Virus record (IMG/VR): IMGVR_UViG_3300031669_000035
Coordinates: 1-55,877 of that record
Reading direction: 5' to 3' (one strand)
Origin: a virus
Taxonomy: Duplodnaviria; Caudoviricetes
Length of the DNA stretch: 55,877 nucleotides
Shown: one piece after another, positions 46,242 through 55,877 of the stretch
Numbering within the stretch: the first letter of the stretch is position 1
Layout of the letters: every line of letters begins with the position of its first letter
The notes under the pieces: model-generated
Seen by the model: only the letters and a program-made list of their open reading frames with translations
What the model was told of the DNA's origin: nothing
The model's database searches: none
Program-made: the position numbers and the translations under genes

Positions 46242-47957
46242 ATGCAAAACATTTTATTCAAAGACAAGTACACGCTGCAACTTAATAAGTTCTGGTCAGA
46301 TAAAGAAGTGGATATAGCTAACTGCATTGGCATGATAAGGGATGGAAACATAATCCTTGCTGATACCAGAGTTACTTCTCCAGCTTCTTTAAAGGACTTC
46401 CTTATTTTGTGCTTCCCTACCCTGATGTTCTCAGAAAGTAATAAGTTTTTTAAAGAGCGATTATTTGCTCAATTAAACTCTGTTTACAAAGAGATATTTC
46501 AAGACTTTATAGGAAACTACTATTCTAAGGCAAAATACGATAGAGAGCTTTTTAAACATCAAAAACAAGCTTTGTCATTAATGATTCATAGACAGTATAA
46601 CCTACTAAGCTTTGAGCAGGGTCTTGGGAAGACAGTAACGAGTGCTACCCTTTCAAAAATACTATCGGTACCAAGAACAATTATTATTTGCCCTGCAGGT
46701 ATTAAATGGAATTGGTATCACGATATGACTGATGACTGGGGTTATGATAAAATGCTATGGACTATTCTTGATTCAAAAAAGAGTAAGTCTGTATATGCTT
46801 TCAATGAAAGATTTATAGTTGTGAACTATGAGATGATAAACAAACATTTTGACCACTTAACAAAGTACAACACAGGGCACATAATAATAGATGAATGCCA
46901 GAAGATAAAAAATCAGAAGACGAGTATTTTTAAAGCTGTGAATAAGCTTGTTAAGTTTTTCCCAAAAGCAAGAGTAACACTCTTGTCTGGAACCCCAATC
47001 ACTAATAGAGTGAACGATGTTTTTTCATATTTTAAGTTATGTAACCATCCTTTAGGTCACAACTATTCTTCTTTCATAAAGCAATATACTATCACTTCAT
47101 CAGGTAGGGGTGGTGAGAAAGTAGTTGGAGCGAAAAACACTGATGAATTAAGATTGAAGATATCTAACTTCATGATTCGTAAAAAAGCTGAAGAGTGTCT
47201 TGATTTGCCAGACCTTATAATTAAGAAATATCACTTCGATATGGGTGATATTAAAGGAGAGTACGAGGAGCACATGAGGGAGCTTTATGAAAGTAAAAAG
47301 GAGCTTGATGCTGCTTCCAATCAGCAAGAACGCTCTGCTACTCAGATGAAGATTAAAGGTAACATTCATACTTTAAATAGGCTATTGGCCACAAGTAAGA
47401 TTCATAACGTAATTCCTTTGATAGATAACCTTATTGAAAACGGAAGAGATGTTATAGTATTCTCAGGATATAGAGCCCCTATACTTCAGCTTGAAGAACA
47501 CTATGGAAATTCATGTGTTAAGGTTATAGGGGGGATGGATGCTCATGAGAAGGATAAAGCTATTCAACGTTTTACAAAAAATCCTAACTGTAATATATTT
47601 TTAGGGAACTTTAAGGCTGCAGGAGTTGGAATTAACCTTGTGAATGCAAGAGATGTTATATTTCTTAATTTTCCTTTTACTCCAGATGATTTAGAGCAGC
47701 CTTACAAAAGAGCTCACAGGATTGGCCAGAAAGAAAATGTTAATGTTTATTACACTATTGTAAAAGATAGTATTGATGAACATATCTTCAATATGATTGT
47801 TGATAAGACTAAAGACATAAATAGCATTCTTGATGAAGGTAAAGATGGCGTGGTCCACTATAATCAAATTCCTAACGAGCTTTTTAATAAGTTAGTCGAG
47901 GATTATGAAAGAATTAATAATATAAGCAAACCAGGAGGCTTTGTCTCTATAAAATAA
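46242..47957 (+). CDS. SNF2-family helicase, 571 aa
   Basis: EQGLGKT, IIDECQKIKN, LSGTPITN, GVGINL, RAHRIGQ. Confidence 0.92.
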   Translation: MQNILFKDKYTLQLNKFWSDKEVDIANCIGMIRDGNIILADTRVTSPASLKDFLILCFPTLMFSESNKFFKERLFAQLNSVYKEIFQDFIGNYYSKAKYDRELFKHQKQALSLMIHRQYNLLSFEQGLGKTVTSATLSKILSVPRTIIICPAGIKWNWYHDMTDDWGYDKMLWTILDSKKSKSVYAFNERFIVVNYEMINKHFDHLTKYNTGHIIIDECQKIKNQKTSIFKAVNKLVKFFPKARVTLLSGTPITNRVNDVFSYFKLCNHPLGHNYSSFIKQYTITSSGRGGEKVVGAKNTDELRLKISNFMIRKKAEECLDLPDLIIKKYHFDMGDIKGEYEEHMRELYESKKELDAASNQQERSATQMKIKGNIHTLNRLLATSKIHNVIPLIDNLIENGRDVIVFSGYRAPILQLEEHYGNSCVKVIGGMDAHEKDKAIQRFTKNPNCNIFLGNFKAAGVGINLVNARDVIFLNFPFTPDDLEQPYKRAHRIGQKENVNVYYTIVKDSIDEHIFNMIVDKTKDINSILDEGKDGVVHYNQIPNELFNKLVEDYERINNISKPGGFVSIK

Positions 47958-47963
47958 ACAACC

Positions 47964-48248
47964 ATGAAAAAACCTATAGAAACAGTTAATACTAAACAAA
48001 TTAGATTATTAGGCTTTAAATGCACCAAATCAGATGCAATTTTTGAATATTTTTACTTAAAAATGACGCATCCATATTACGGTGAAACAGATGTTCGGAT
48101 TGTATTTGATCACTCTTGCTTATTAATTAGTATTTATACCGGTATTGATTTTATAACAGGAAGTAATGTAGTTTTTTGTGGTAAATTAAAAAACAAAGAT
48201 GAATTAATTTCTCAATTAGAAAGATGTGAATTAAATTTTATTAAATAA
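47964..48248 (+). CDS. hypothetical protein, 94 aa
   Basis: ORF in operon. Confidence 0.6.
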   Translation: MKKPIETVNTKQIRLLGFKCTKSDAIFEYFYLKMTHPYYGETDVRIVFDHSCLLISIYTGIDFITGSNVVFCGKLKNKDELISQLERCELNFIK

Positions 48249-48254
48249 ATAACT

Positions 48255-49070
48255 ATGAATTATTATTTAGACACAGAGTTTTTAGAAGGAACTCAAAAGA
48301 AAACTTTCTTAGGAATTAATGTAGGAGAAACTAAACCTACTATTGATTTAATATCCATTGGTATAGTTGCTGAAGATGGTAGAGAGTATTACGCTATATC
48401 TAAAGACTTTAATTTAAAAGAAGCTTGGAATAGATGGCAGCAAAGAACAGGAGAGGGCGATAGAAATATTATTGAGCCTCGTTATTATTGGATTAGAGAG
48501 AATGTATTGAAGCCTATATTCTATGAACTTCAGGATAAATCTAATTTATCAGTAAGGAAGGAAGTAGCCAGAATGGGTTATTCAAGTAGAAAGATAGTTA
48601 ATAAAAAATTTACATTAAGTAATCTAAGGTGGCTTATTAAAAATTATGGTAAATCTAATGATCAAATATCTGAAGATATAAAAGACTTTTGTAAGTCAGG
48701 AGTTATAGGTATAGATAAGAATGCTCCAAATTACATTTGGGATGGATGGCAGATTATTACCAGAACAAACCCTAAATTCTATGCTTATTATGCTGATTAT
48801 GATTGGGTAGCTTTCTGTTGGTTGTTTGGGAAGATGATGAATTTACCAAATGGATTCCCTATGTATTGCCGAGATTTGAAGCAGGAGTTTGATAATATTC
48901 CAGAGCTTGTTAATAAATGGAATTTAGCTGTTGGAGCTAACAAAGAAAAGTATTGTGATTTAAAAATGTTGAAATCAGATCCTACATACCCAAAACAAGA
49001 AAACGAACACAATGCTTTAGATGATGCTCGTTGGAATAAAAAATTACATGAATTTATAAAAAACATATAA
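48255..49070 (+). CDS. DEDDh 3'-5' exo(ribo)nuclease, 271 aa
   Basis: YLDTEF, LISIGIV, YADYDWV, HNALDDA. Confidence 0.85.
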   Translation: MNYYLDTEFLEGTQKKTFLGINVGETKPTIDLISIGIVAEDGREYYAISKDFNLKEAWNRWQQRTGEGDRNIIEPRYYWIRENVLKPIFYELQDKSNLSVRKEVARMGYSSRKIVNKKFTLSNLRWLIKNYGKSNDQISEDIKDFCKSGVIGIDKNAPNYIWDGWQIITRTNPKFYAYYADYDWVAFCWLFGKMMNLPNGFPMYCRDLKQEFDNIPELVNKWNLAVGANKEKYCDLKMLKSDPTYPKQENEHNALDDARWNKKLHEFIKNI

Positions 49071-49071
49071 C

Positions 49072-49221
49072 ATGGATAAAAGAAAAAAAGTAAACATAAA
49101 TGTAAATCATCCTGATTTTCAGTGTGACGTTACGATGCCAGAAGGAAAGGCTCTAAAATTCCTAGAGAGTATCAAGAAGTCTTTAAAAGAAAACATTAAA
49201 GTAGTAACTAAAACAATTTAA
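49072..49221 (+). CDS. small protein, 49 aa
   Basis: Not in track; fills the operon gap. Confidence 0.45.
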   Translation: MDKRKKVNINVNHPDFQCDVTMPEGKALKFLESIKKSLKENIKVVTKTI

Positions 49222-49225
49222 AAAG

Positions 49226-49477
49226 ATGAGACAAACAGGTAAGACAACACGAGCGGTAAATTTCTTTGTTGAACAATTAATTCAATATAAAATTTGCATT
49301 ATTACAGATGAGCCAGACACTCCAAGGCCTATGATTGAGGAGTTGTATGGTAGAGTTGTTCGTAGGTTAATTTCTGAACATGGATTTAATAATGAAACAC
49401 ACTTTGTTCATTATGAATTTTTAGCAGACCTAAGAGGAATTAAAGCTGCTGCAATATTAACAATGCATAAAAAATAA
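49226..49477 (+). CDS. hypothetical protein, 83 aa
   Basis: N-terminal RQTGKTT P-loop-like motif. Confidence 0.55.
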   Translation: MRQTGKTTRAVNFFVEQLIQYKICIITDEPDTPRPMIEELYGRVVRRLISEHGFNNETHFVHYEFLADLRGIKAAAILTMHKK

Positions 49478-49486
49478 CACCAAAAG

Positions 49487-50605
49487 ATGAAAATAAAGGT
49501 AAATAAAGACAGTCTTCTAAAATGTTTAGAGGTAGTAGTTAAAGCTATTCCATCAAAGGCTTTTATGCCTATGGAGCATAATTTCTTTTTATATATTAAA
49601 GATAGTAAATGCTATGCTTACGCAAGAAGTGGTAAAATTCAAATAAAAGGGTTATTTCCTGTCGAATCAAAAGAAGACATTCAAATATGTGTTCCTGGTA
49701 ATATTCTAATGAACACCGTAAGGCTTCTTAGGGATGAGGAACTTGTATTTAATTATAATCCTGAAAAGTTTATTTTAAACCTCGTTGCTGGAAAGAAAAA
49801 GTACAAAATAACAGGTGTTAACCCATCTGAATTTAACCCTTCAAAAGTTATTGATGATAACCCTATAAGTATTAAGGCATTAGCTTCATCTATATTAGGG
49901 CCAATAAGCACTGTTTCAAAAATAGTTAAATGGGATGATATGCGTAATGAACTTTCAGGGGTGACTTTACTATCTAACGAAGGAAGTATTGATATCTCTG
50001 GTACTCACGAAGCTTTCTATTTTCACATTTCTAAAACAGGAATTGAGACTGACAAGGAATTTGGTATTGTTTTACCTAAAGACTTATCAATAGCTTTAAG
50101 CCAGACAAAAGGTGCTGGAGATGCAAATATAATTATAGGAGAAAAAAGCATATCTGTTTCTGTTGATGGATTTGAATTTTATTCTGTTCTAATAGACATT
50201 AGAAAGGTGATGAATTTAGAGAAGTTCTTTGAGCTTGACGAGGAGAAATTCTTGTTAATCGATAAGGATGAAATTTTAATGGCCGTAAGGAGGTTGACAA
50301 ATTATTGTGAAGCTGGTTCAGGAATGATTGTTTCCTTAGAGGGAAATGAATTAAAACTGTTTTCAGAAAATCAAGGTTTTGGTGTTGATGCTGAAGAGGT
50401 TATTGATGTTACAAACAAGAATACTGAAAATATTAAGCTTGGTATAGATGTTAGGTATCTATTATCTATACTTAACAATGTTTCAGGTAGCACAATAAAA
50501 TTATATATGTCACACCCAAAAAGGCCAATCTACATAAGAGATGCTGATAATTTAAATGAGAAATGGGGATGTGCTTTGATGGCGTTGGTTGATAAAAAAG
50601 ATTAA
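49487..50605 (+). CDS. dnaN: DNA polymerase III beta-type sliding clamp, 372 aa
   Basis: Length and motifs (MKIKVNK..L...L..V.KAI, R.ELSGV, IGIDVRYLLSIL, RPIYI, LM). Confidence 0.8.
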   Translation: MKIKVNKDSLLKCLEVVVKAIPSKAFMPMEHNFFLYIKDSKCYAYARSGKIQIKGLFPVESKEDIQICVPGNILMNTVRLLRDEELVFNYNPEKFILNLVAGKKKYKITGVNPSEFNPSKVIDDNPISIKALASSILGPISTVSKIVKWDDMRNELSGVTLLSNEGSIDISGTHEAFYFHISKTGIETDKEFGIVLPKDLSIALSQTKGAGDANIIIGEKSISVSVDGFEFYSVLIDIRKVMNLEKFFELDEEKFLLIDKDEILMAVRRLTNYCEAGSGMIVSLEGNELKLFSENQGFGVDAEEVIDVTNKNTENIKLGIDVRYLLSILNNVSGSTIKLYMSHPKRPIYIRDADNLNEKWGCALMALVDKKD

Positions 50606-50608
50606 TAT

Positions 50609-51535
50609 ATGGAGAACACATTTGTAAGTATTTTTGATAGTGTATGGAAAAAGTCTTCAGCTTCAGAGATTAGTGTTCTTGATATTATATGGAAGATATC
50701 AAATGGAGAATGGAAGGATAAGATTGAAGCCTACAGGTTAGAGACTGACAAGAAGAAGAAAGAGTTTCTTAAAAAGTCTTTGCCAGGTGTTGTTTTTGCA
50801 GGGCAGATAACATCTTCAAGCAGGTTAGATTCTCATGTCAAGAATTATACCGGAATTGTAGTCGCTGATATAGATAAGATTCCAAAAGGAAAGCTAAAAA
50901 CATACAAAAAGAGTCTTATGAAGGATTCTCGTGTGTTAGCTTTCTTCGAATCTCCATCTATGGGTCTTAAGGTTTTATTTAAGGTTGATTCAGGTATTAA
51001 AGAGCATAAGAGGTTTGCTTTTAAGCAGGTTGAAAGATATTGTCTTTACCATCATGATATAGTTATAGATCCTTCAGGAAAAAACCCGGCTCGATTATGT
51101 TTTGTCAGCTATGACCCAGACATGTATTTTAATGAGTTTTGTGATGATTTTGAGGTTGACTTAACACTTGATATAGAAGAAGAAGAAAGAAGAGCTAAGC
51201 TTGCTCAAATGAACTACAGTAAGCCAAGCCCTGAGAATATTTGTTATGATTCTGATTTTGTTTTTGAGATATGCATGAAGTTTGTTAAAAATAGTTCTGT
51301 AGGGTCTTATCATAAAGGAAATAGGAATAATTATGTTTTTGGCCTTGCCTGCTGTTTAAATAGAGCCTCTATGCAAGCTGATCAGGCTATCCAGATGATA
51401 GCTACAAGATATCAAAGCTTAACTATTGAAGAGATAATAACAACAGTAATGAGTGCGTACAAGCATAATAGCAATGAATTTGGTACATACCCAATATATA
51501 GAGACTTTGGTAGTAAACAAGATAAATTATTTTAA
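50609..51535 (+). CDS. primase-like protein (VirE N-terminal/BT4734-like plus PriCT), 308 aa
   Basis: KKSLPGVVF, DID, FESPSMGLK, DPSGKNPARLCFVSYDP, GNRNNYVF; C-terminal QDKLF. Confidence 0.8.
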   Translation: MENTFVSIFDSVWKKSSASEISVLDIIWKISNGEWKDKIEAYRLETDKKKKEFLKKSLPGVVFAGQITSSSRLDSHVKNYTGIVVADIDKIPKGKLKTYKKSLMKDSRVLAFFESPSMGLKVLFKVDSGIKEHKRFAFKQVERYCLYHHDIVIDPSGKNPARLCFVSYDPDMYFNEFCDDFEVDLTLDIEEEERRAKLAQMNYSKPSPENICYDSDFVFEICMKFVKNSSVGSYHKGNRNNYVFGLACCLNRASMQADQAIQMIATRYQSLTIEEIITTVMSAYKHNSNEFGTYPIYRDFGSKQDKLF

Positions 51536-51537
51536 TT

Positions 51538-51645
51538 ATGAATGACGATTTTGAAAACTTAGATAGAAACAGCAGAATTGGAGCAGTTATAGTATTTATA
51601 CTTGGCGTGCTTGTAGTACTAACATTAATAACAATTTTTAAATGA
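51538..51645 (+). CDS. small membrane protein, 35 aa
   Basis: Not in track; single TM IGAVIVFILGVLVVLTLITIF. Confidence 0.5.
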   Translation: MNDDFENLDRNSRIGAVIVFILGVLVVLTLITIFK

Positions 51646-51646
51646 T

Positions 51647-52174
51647 ATGATATACATAGGAATAGACCCAGGAGCAAAGGGAGCAATAGCTTACATTAAT
51701 ACCGAAACAGGTAATTCAGGAAGAATAAAAACGCCATTAATAGGTGATGAAGTAGATATTAGTACTTTTTGTGAATACATAAAAAAGTTAACAAGAAATG
51801 GTAATCATCATGTTATAGTTGAAGATGTTCACTCTATATTTGGGGCTTCAGCAAAATCAAACTTTTCATTCGGAAAAAATGTTGGTGGTATTGAATGGCT
51901 TCTTGTTTCTCTTGATTGCAGATACACAAAAGTAGCACCTAAAACATGGCAATCTGAAATGTGGCAAGGAGTTAAGATTGTTCAGATAAATACAGGTAAA
52001 AAAACCCCCAAAGGAAACATCAAATACAAGAATGATACTAAAGCTACATCTTTACTTGCTGCGAAGAGATTATTTCCTAAAGAAGACTTTTTAGCTACAC
52101 CAAGAAGTAGTGTCCCTCATGATGGAATTGTAGACGCTTTACTTCTTGCTGAATACGGAAAGAGAAAGTTTTAG
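51647..52174 (+). CDS. RuvC-like Holliday junction resolvase, 175 aa
   Basis: IGIDPG..GA, VEDV, F.FG, P..WQ, DGIVDALLLA. Confidence 0.85.
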   Translation: MIYIGIDPGAKGAIAYINTETGNSGRIKTPLIGDEVDISTFCEYIKKLTRNGNHHVIVEDVHSIFGASAKSNFSFGKNVGGIEWLLVSLDCRYTKVAPKTWQSEMWQGVKIVQINTGKKTPKGNIKYKNDTKATSLLAAKRLFPKEDFLATPRSSVPHDGIVDALLLAEYGKRKF

Positions 52175-52194
52175 ATTTTTTTATCCTAAAAAGT

Positions 52195-52224
52195 TTTGTA
52201 TTCAAGATAAATTATATACATTTG
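52195..52224 (+). promoter_or_regulatory. sigma70 promoter TTTG-N18-TACATTTG
   Basis: Consensus match. Confidence 0.7.
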
Positions 52225-52247
52225 CTTAAAACTAAAAAGAAATAACA

Positions 52248-52565
52248 ATGTTTATAGTTGTAGATAAAATAATAACTCAATATGAGAAGGACGCAAGCGG
52301 TAATACCATAAAGAATCCTATTGATCAAAAACCAATCGCTACTGGATTGAAGGTTGTGAAGGAAACTATTCGAGTTGACGAGATTAAAGCTGTTCGATCA
52401 TGGAATAAAACATCTTTTCAAGATAAATACATAAAAACGGATATTGTCTCTGTTTATATGCTTGATATAGATAGAAACAAAGACACATCTTCTAAAAAGA
52501 GGGCTGCTGAAATTCATGTTGCAGAAAGTCTTGAGTCTTTCAATAAAAGAATTGGAGCTCTATAA
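52248..52565 (+). CDS. hypothetical protein, 105 aa
   Basis: ORF after promoter. Confidence 0.65.
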   Translation: MFIVVDKIITQYEKDASGNTIKNPIDQKPIATGLKVVKETIRVDEIKAVRSWNKTSFQDKYIKTDIVSVYMLDIDRNKDTSSKKRAAEIHVAESLESFNKRIGAL

Positions 52566-52945
52566 TGCTTTCTCCTAAAAGAAATCCATATAGAGGCTTT
52601 AGGAGGAATAAAACTGTTCAGGAGCTTGAACGTATATCAGAGGCTTATTATTATGACATTATAATATCCTCTGCAGAATTAAAAAAATTAATACTTAGAA
52701 GAATAAAGGAGCTTGATGTTGATTTAAAGCTTGTTCTTGAAGAGGCTGGTGTTACACACCATGCTTTTAACACAAAGTATTTAAGAGAGAAGGATCCGGT
52801 TAGCACACCAAAACTTAGGCAGTCTCACATAATGAGCATTCTTGATGTTTTGGGAATCGACACTCAGATTCTTTTTGTTGTTAAAAATAAAGATGATGTG
52901 CCAACGAGCCATTTAAAATATAAAGATAAATACAATGAGTCATAA
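52565..52945 (+). CDS. hypothetical, possibly DNA-binding protein, 126 aa
   Basis: XRE-like helical pattern. Confidence 0.5.
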   Translation: MLSPKRNPYRGFRRNKTVQELERISEAYYYDIIISSAELKKLILRRIKELDVDLKLVLEEAGVTHHAFNTKYLREKDPVSTPKLRQSHIMSILDVLGIDTQILFVVKNKDDVPTSHLKYKDKYNES

Positions 52946-53252
52946 CTATTCAAAAATAAGAGAGCTTGTAAGTAAGCATCCTGAAGATGAGAAGGTGGTC
53001 TTAAATGACTTAATAGCTAACCTTATTAAGGTGCAAGTTCCATTAGGTAAGCTTGAGGTTCACAACTATAAAGACTCTATAAAAGAGGCTAACACCCTTC
53101 TTATAGAACAAGAAAAGCTTGTAGCAGCATTAAAGCATAGACTTAGGAATGAAGTTAGGCCTGAGGTTATTGCTTATCATAAAACAAAACCAAAAGTTAA
53201 AAGGAAAATGCATCCTAATAGCTTAAAAAATATTAAAAATAAAAACAATTAA
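52935..53252 (+). CDS. hypothetical protein, 105 aa
   Basis: C-terminal MHPNSLKN. Confidence 0.6.
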   Translation: MSHNYSKIRELVSKHPEDEKVVLNDLIANLIKVQVPLGKLEVHNYKDSIKEANTLLIEQEKLVAALKHRLRNEVRPEVIAYHKTKPKVKRKMHPNSLKNIKNKNN

Positions 53253-53276
53253 TTATTAACTAAAATCAGAAGAATC

Positions 53277-53786
53277 ATGGCATTTGAAAGTGTAAAACAA
53301 AATGACCCAACTTGGGAGCCAAAACAAACAGGAAGCAAGAAAGAAAACAACTTAGTTGCTTTACAACCAACAGATAAATCGTATATCGATGGTTATTATT
53401 TAGGGTCTCAAACAGGTCAAGGACCAGAAAACAACTCTACAGTTCATAAAATTAAAATGGTAGGTGTTGGAGACAAGAGCCATATCATTGGTGACATGGA
53501 AGAAAACCAAGAGGTTTCTATATGGGGAACAAACGTTCTTAATGACAACATATCTAAAGCTGCTCCAGGGCAATTAGTCAGAATAGTTTGGGAAGGTAAA
53601 AAGAATACCAAAACAGGAGGTCGTTCGTATCATACATGGGATGTTCTTATTGATAGAACAGCAGAACCTTTATCTATGGGTATGCCTGTAGGGAATACTA
53701 CAGCTCCAGCTCCAGCTCAACCTCAAAGTATGGTAGCAGCACCTGCTCAAGACAATAAAGACGAGGACGATGAGATGCCTTTCTAA
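53277..53786 (+). CDS. single-stranded DNA-binding protein, 169 aa
   Basis: OB-like core, Pro/Ala linker, acidic tail DEDDEMPF. Confidence 0.75.
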   Translation: MAFESVKQNDPTWEPKQTGSKKENNLVALQPTDKSYIDGYYLGSQTGQGPENNSTVHKIKMVGVGDKSHIIGDMEENQEVSIWGTNVLNDNISKAAPGQLVRIVWEGKKNTKTGGRSYHTWDVLIDRTAEPLSMGMPVGNTTAPAPAQPQSMVAAPAQDNKDEDDEMPF

Positions 53787-53802
53787 TCAATAAATTATAA
53801 TT

Positions 53803-53838
53803 AAAGGAGATGCAGTGTTATTGTATCTCCTTTTTTTT
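53803..53838 (+). terminator. intrinsic terminator
   Basis: AAAGGAGATGCA...TGTATCTCCTTT plus T tract. Confidence 0.8.
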
Positions 53839-53857
53839 AACCAAAAATTTTTTTAAA

Positions 53858-54214
53858 ATGAAAACATTAAATTTAAAAACACAAATCTCAAACAAGAAAG
53901 ACCTTCATGAGCTTGTTAGGGTTGTTTTAAAAGCATCAAGAGTTGTTGATGTTAAAACTATGAAGGATAAGCATAAAATGGTAACACATGTAACCACAGG
54001 TGCTTTAAATAATCTTTGTAAGGAACTTAAGCTTCCAATTACTTTTGACTATTCTAAAACGAATCCAGAGGTTGTTATTCAGGTAGTAGTTCCTAATGAT
54101 TTTACTTCTGAGGAGGAAAGTGAAGAGGTGGTTAAAGAAGAAAAAGCTCCTGAAGTAAAAACAACAGGAGCTAAAGGGGATAACAATAGTGAGGATAGCG
54201 ATGATCCTTTCTAA
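53858..54214 (+). CDS. hypothetical protein with acidic DDPF tail, 118 aa
   Basis: Start moved to ATG 53858. Confidence 0.6.
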   Translation: MKTLNLKTQISNKKDLHELVRVVLKASRVVDVKTMKDKHKMVTHVTTGALNNLCKELKLPITFDYSKTNPEVVIQVVVPNDFTSEEESEEVVKEEKAPEVKTTGAKGDNNSEDSDDPF

Positions 54215-54480
54215 TCCATGTCTGAATCAGATTTAACACCAAGCGGAGACATTGATACTCCGCTTTTTTTTGTTTTATTAAACATATACATTTCCTTCAT
54301 TTTAGCTAAAGCTCCATCGATACCTTCTTCACCATCAGGAAAAACAACTTGCCTGTCATGATAGTTTGGACCATCATAAGCACCTTTATTTTCAGATTCT
54401 TTTACTTCTGTGTATTCCAATACAAAACCATTGTCTGCAGGCTCTAATCTAATATGATTGTATGATTTAATTTCTGACAT
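54211..54480 (-). CDS. hypothetical protein, 89 aa
   Basis: IRLEPADNGFVLEY. Confidence 0.65.
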   Translation of the reverse strand: MSEIKSYNHIRLEPADNGFVLEYTEVKESENKGAYDGPNYHDRQVVFPDGEEGIDGALAKMKEMYMFNKTKKSGVSMSPLGVKSDSDMD

Positions 54481-54493
54481 AATTTTTATTTTT

Positions 54494-54958
54494 TTAGTGA
54501 GATATTATATTTTGAGATCTTCTTACTCTATGAGTTACAACTGAGTCTATTAAATCAGGAAGTCTTTTCATTTGAATATAGGTCCATGCTATTTCATCAG
54601 GGACCCTTTGAGATTGTCTTAGGTCCATTTTAACCCTTAACTCACCTCTTAACTGAATAGAATCTTTTGCTGTTATTTGTATCACTTTCTCAGTAGTCTC
54701 CTTAGCAAAGGCTTTAACCTCTTTACTTTCCATAACTACAGGAAGTATTTTAGATAGGTATTCTTCACTATTAAGTCTTTTTGTTAGCAGACTATCGAAT
54801 TTAGCTTCTGACTTCTTGTTTGCTTCCAATTCTAATCCAGCCTTAAATGTATCATAACCCCAAGCAGAAAATGAAACTATTAATCCTGTAATTAAAGTTG
54901 CGATTATCTTTCCAAGATTATCTTTTACTGTAGATGATATTGTTGATGAGAAACTCAA
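54494..54958 (-). CDS. membrane-anchored protein, 154 aa
   Basis: N-terminal TM segment. Confidence 0.6.
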   Translation of the reverse strand: MSFSSTISSTVKDNLGKIIATLITGLIVSFSAWGYDTFKAGLELEANKKSEAKFDSLLTKRLNSEEYLSKILPVVMESKEVKAFAKETTEKVIQITAKDSIQLRGELRVKMDLRQSQRVPDEIAWTYIQMKRLPDLIDSVVTHRVRRSQNIISH

Positions 54959-55272
54959 GATTCTTTTTTTATAGAACTTTGTATTCCTTTTTTTGCTAAT
55001 GCAGTAACAAGAGTATTTACATTGTTTGATAAATCTGTAACGCTCTTAGACATAACCCTAAGCTCTAATTGTGTTAACTCTTCAATTCTTTTAGTATCAT
55101 TAATTTGTTGTTGCTCCACAAGCTCTATACGACCTTTATTTTTACCTATTTCGCTTGTATTTGATTTTACATCAGAAACTAATCTTGATAGAAAAAAACC
55201 TATAATTATCAATAGCAGACTGATTGTACCGCCTGCTATTGATAAAATTAATGCTACTGTTTGATCTTCCAT
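54955..55272 (-). CDS. holin-like TM plus coiled-coil protein, 105 aa
   Basis: Start moved to ATG 55272 (MEDQTVALILSIAGG...). Confidence 0.5.
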   Translation of the reverse strand: MEDQTVALILSIAGGTISLLLIIIGFFLSRLVSDVKSNTSEIGKNKGRIELVEQQQINDTKRIEELTQLELRVMSKSVTDLSNNVNTLVTALAKKGIQSSIKKES

Positions 55273-55276
55273 AATT

Positions 55277-55588
55277 TTATTCGAGTGTTGATATGTAAGT
55301 ATTAAATTCGATAATATCCTCATGCATCATTTGCCATCTTGTTTTTTCATTACAAGATTTTAATGTTTCAAACTCTTTATCTTCAAGCTCAACTATACTA
55401 CAAACCTCTGCATCTTTAAACTTATTAATTACATTAACCCTCTCAGCCATTTGAGTAGGTAATAAACCCTCTTGTGGCATATAGTTTAAGTTAATCATAC
55501 ATAAGTCAGCATAATTCATGTTTCTAACTGAGTTTTTCTCTTTACCAGGTCCGGTAATTTCAATCTGTTTAATTTCAATCTTTTTCAT
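55277..55588 (-). CDS. hypothetical protein, 103 aa
   Basis: ORF in operon. Confidence 0.6.
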   Translation of the reverse strand: MKKIEIKQIEITGPGKEKNSVRNMNYADLCMINLNYMPQEGLLPTQMAERVNVINKFKDAEVCSIVELEDKEFETLKSCNEKTRWQMMHEDIIEFNTYISTLE

Positions 55589-55877
55589 TTTTTTCGTCTT
55601 TTTCTATTGAGTTAATACTATGGTTATTATCTAACCTATTTAATATAGAATCTAAAGCGATTCCTAAAGGTGCTAAGGTACGATTTATTTTGTTTTTTCC
55701 AAGGACTGAACTAATAGTTTCATCAGGATTTCCGAATAAATTTTCTGAATGACTCGTAATCAATAAGATATTAAATAGTCTTGCCATAGAAACATTTCCA
55801 AATTGATCTAATGATATTGCCATTTTAATAAAGTAGTTCTTAATATAATCTATATCTAACAAAATAGCAGATTTAAT
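55575..55877 (-). CDS. phage protein with DQFGN...DETISS motif, partial at the 5' end
   Basis: Frame stays open to the window end. Confidence 0.6.
   Translation of the reverse strand: MKSAILLDIDYIKNYFIKMAISLDQFGNVSMARLFNILLITSHSENLFGNPDETISSVLGKNKINRTLAPLGIALDSILNRLDNNHSINSIEKDEKNEKD

Noticed and set aside
24594-51686. Short minus-strand ORFs within the plus-strand block (except 27213-27404)
   Set aside because: They overlap better plus-strand genes.
1-55877. Stop-codon reassignment as in some crAss-like phages
   Set aside because: Genes are intact under code 11 and TAG ends real genes such as the capsid gene.

Overview
AT-rich segment of a tailed dsDNA phage, most likely a podovirus of a Bacteroidota (Flavobacteria-type) host. 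The host call rests on recurrent TAnnTTTG promoters and A-rich starts without Shine-Dalgarno motifs. 1-22.5 kb (minus strand) is the virion module in crAss-like order: terminase, portal, scaffold, major capsid, ring/tail proteins, muzzle-like protein, ejection proteins. 22.6-54.2 kb (plus strand) holds a putative Rep, a non-coding putative terminus/origin region with a dif site, early genes, and DNA metabolism genes (RNase H, two C5 methyltransferases, PD-(D/E)XK nuclease, SMC-like ATPase, SNF2 helicase, beta clamp, primase, RuvC-like, SSB; no polymerase or integrase seen). 54.2-55.9 kb (minus) has small membrane/lysis-type genes. Best candidates for new biology: (1) two integron-like gene-cassette arrays (24.6-25.25 kb and 38.2-40.8 kb) built from alternating GTTA...TAAC and TAAC...GTTA inverted repeats with a shared CGTTTTAATG loop, including an empty cassette, a gene inside an attC-like hairpin and a methyltransferase cassette; (2) a circularly permuted, two-piece tmRNA with its own promoter; (3) a XerCD dif site; (4) several RNA elements: a hammerhead ribozyme, a tRNA with a 39-nt anticodon region, long structured RNAs, and a hairpin antisense to a start motif shared by the early genes. 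All calls are by eye; no searches were run.
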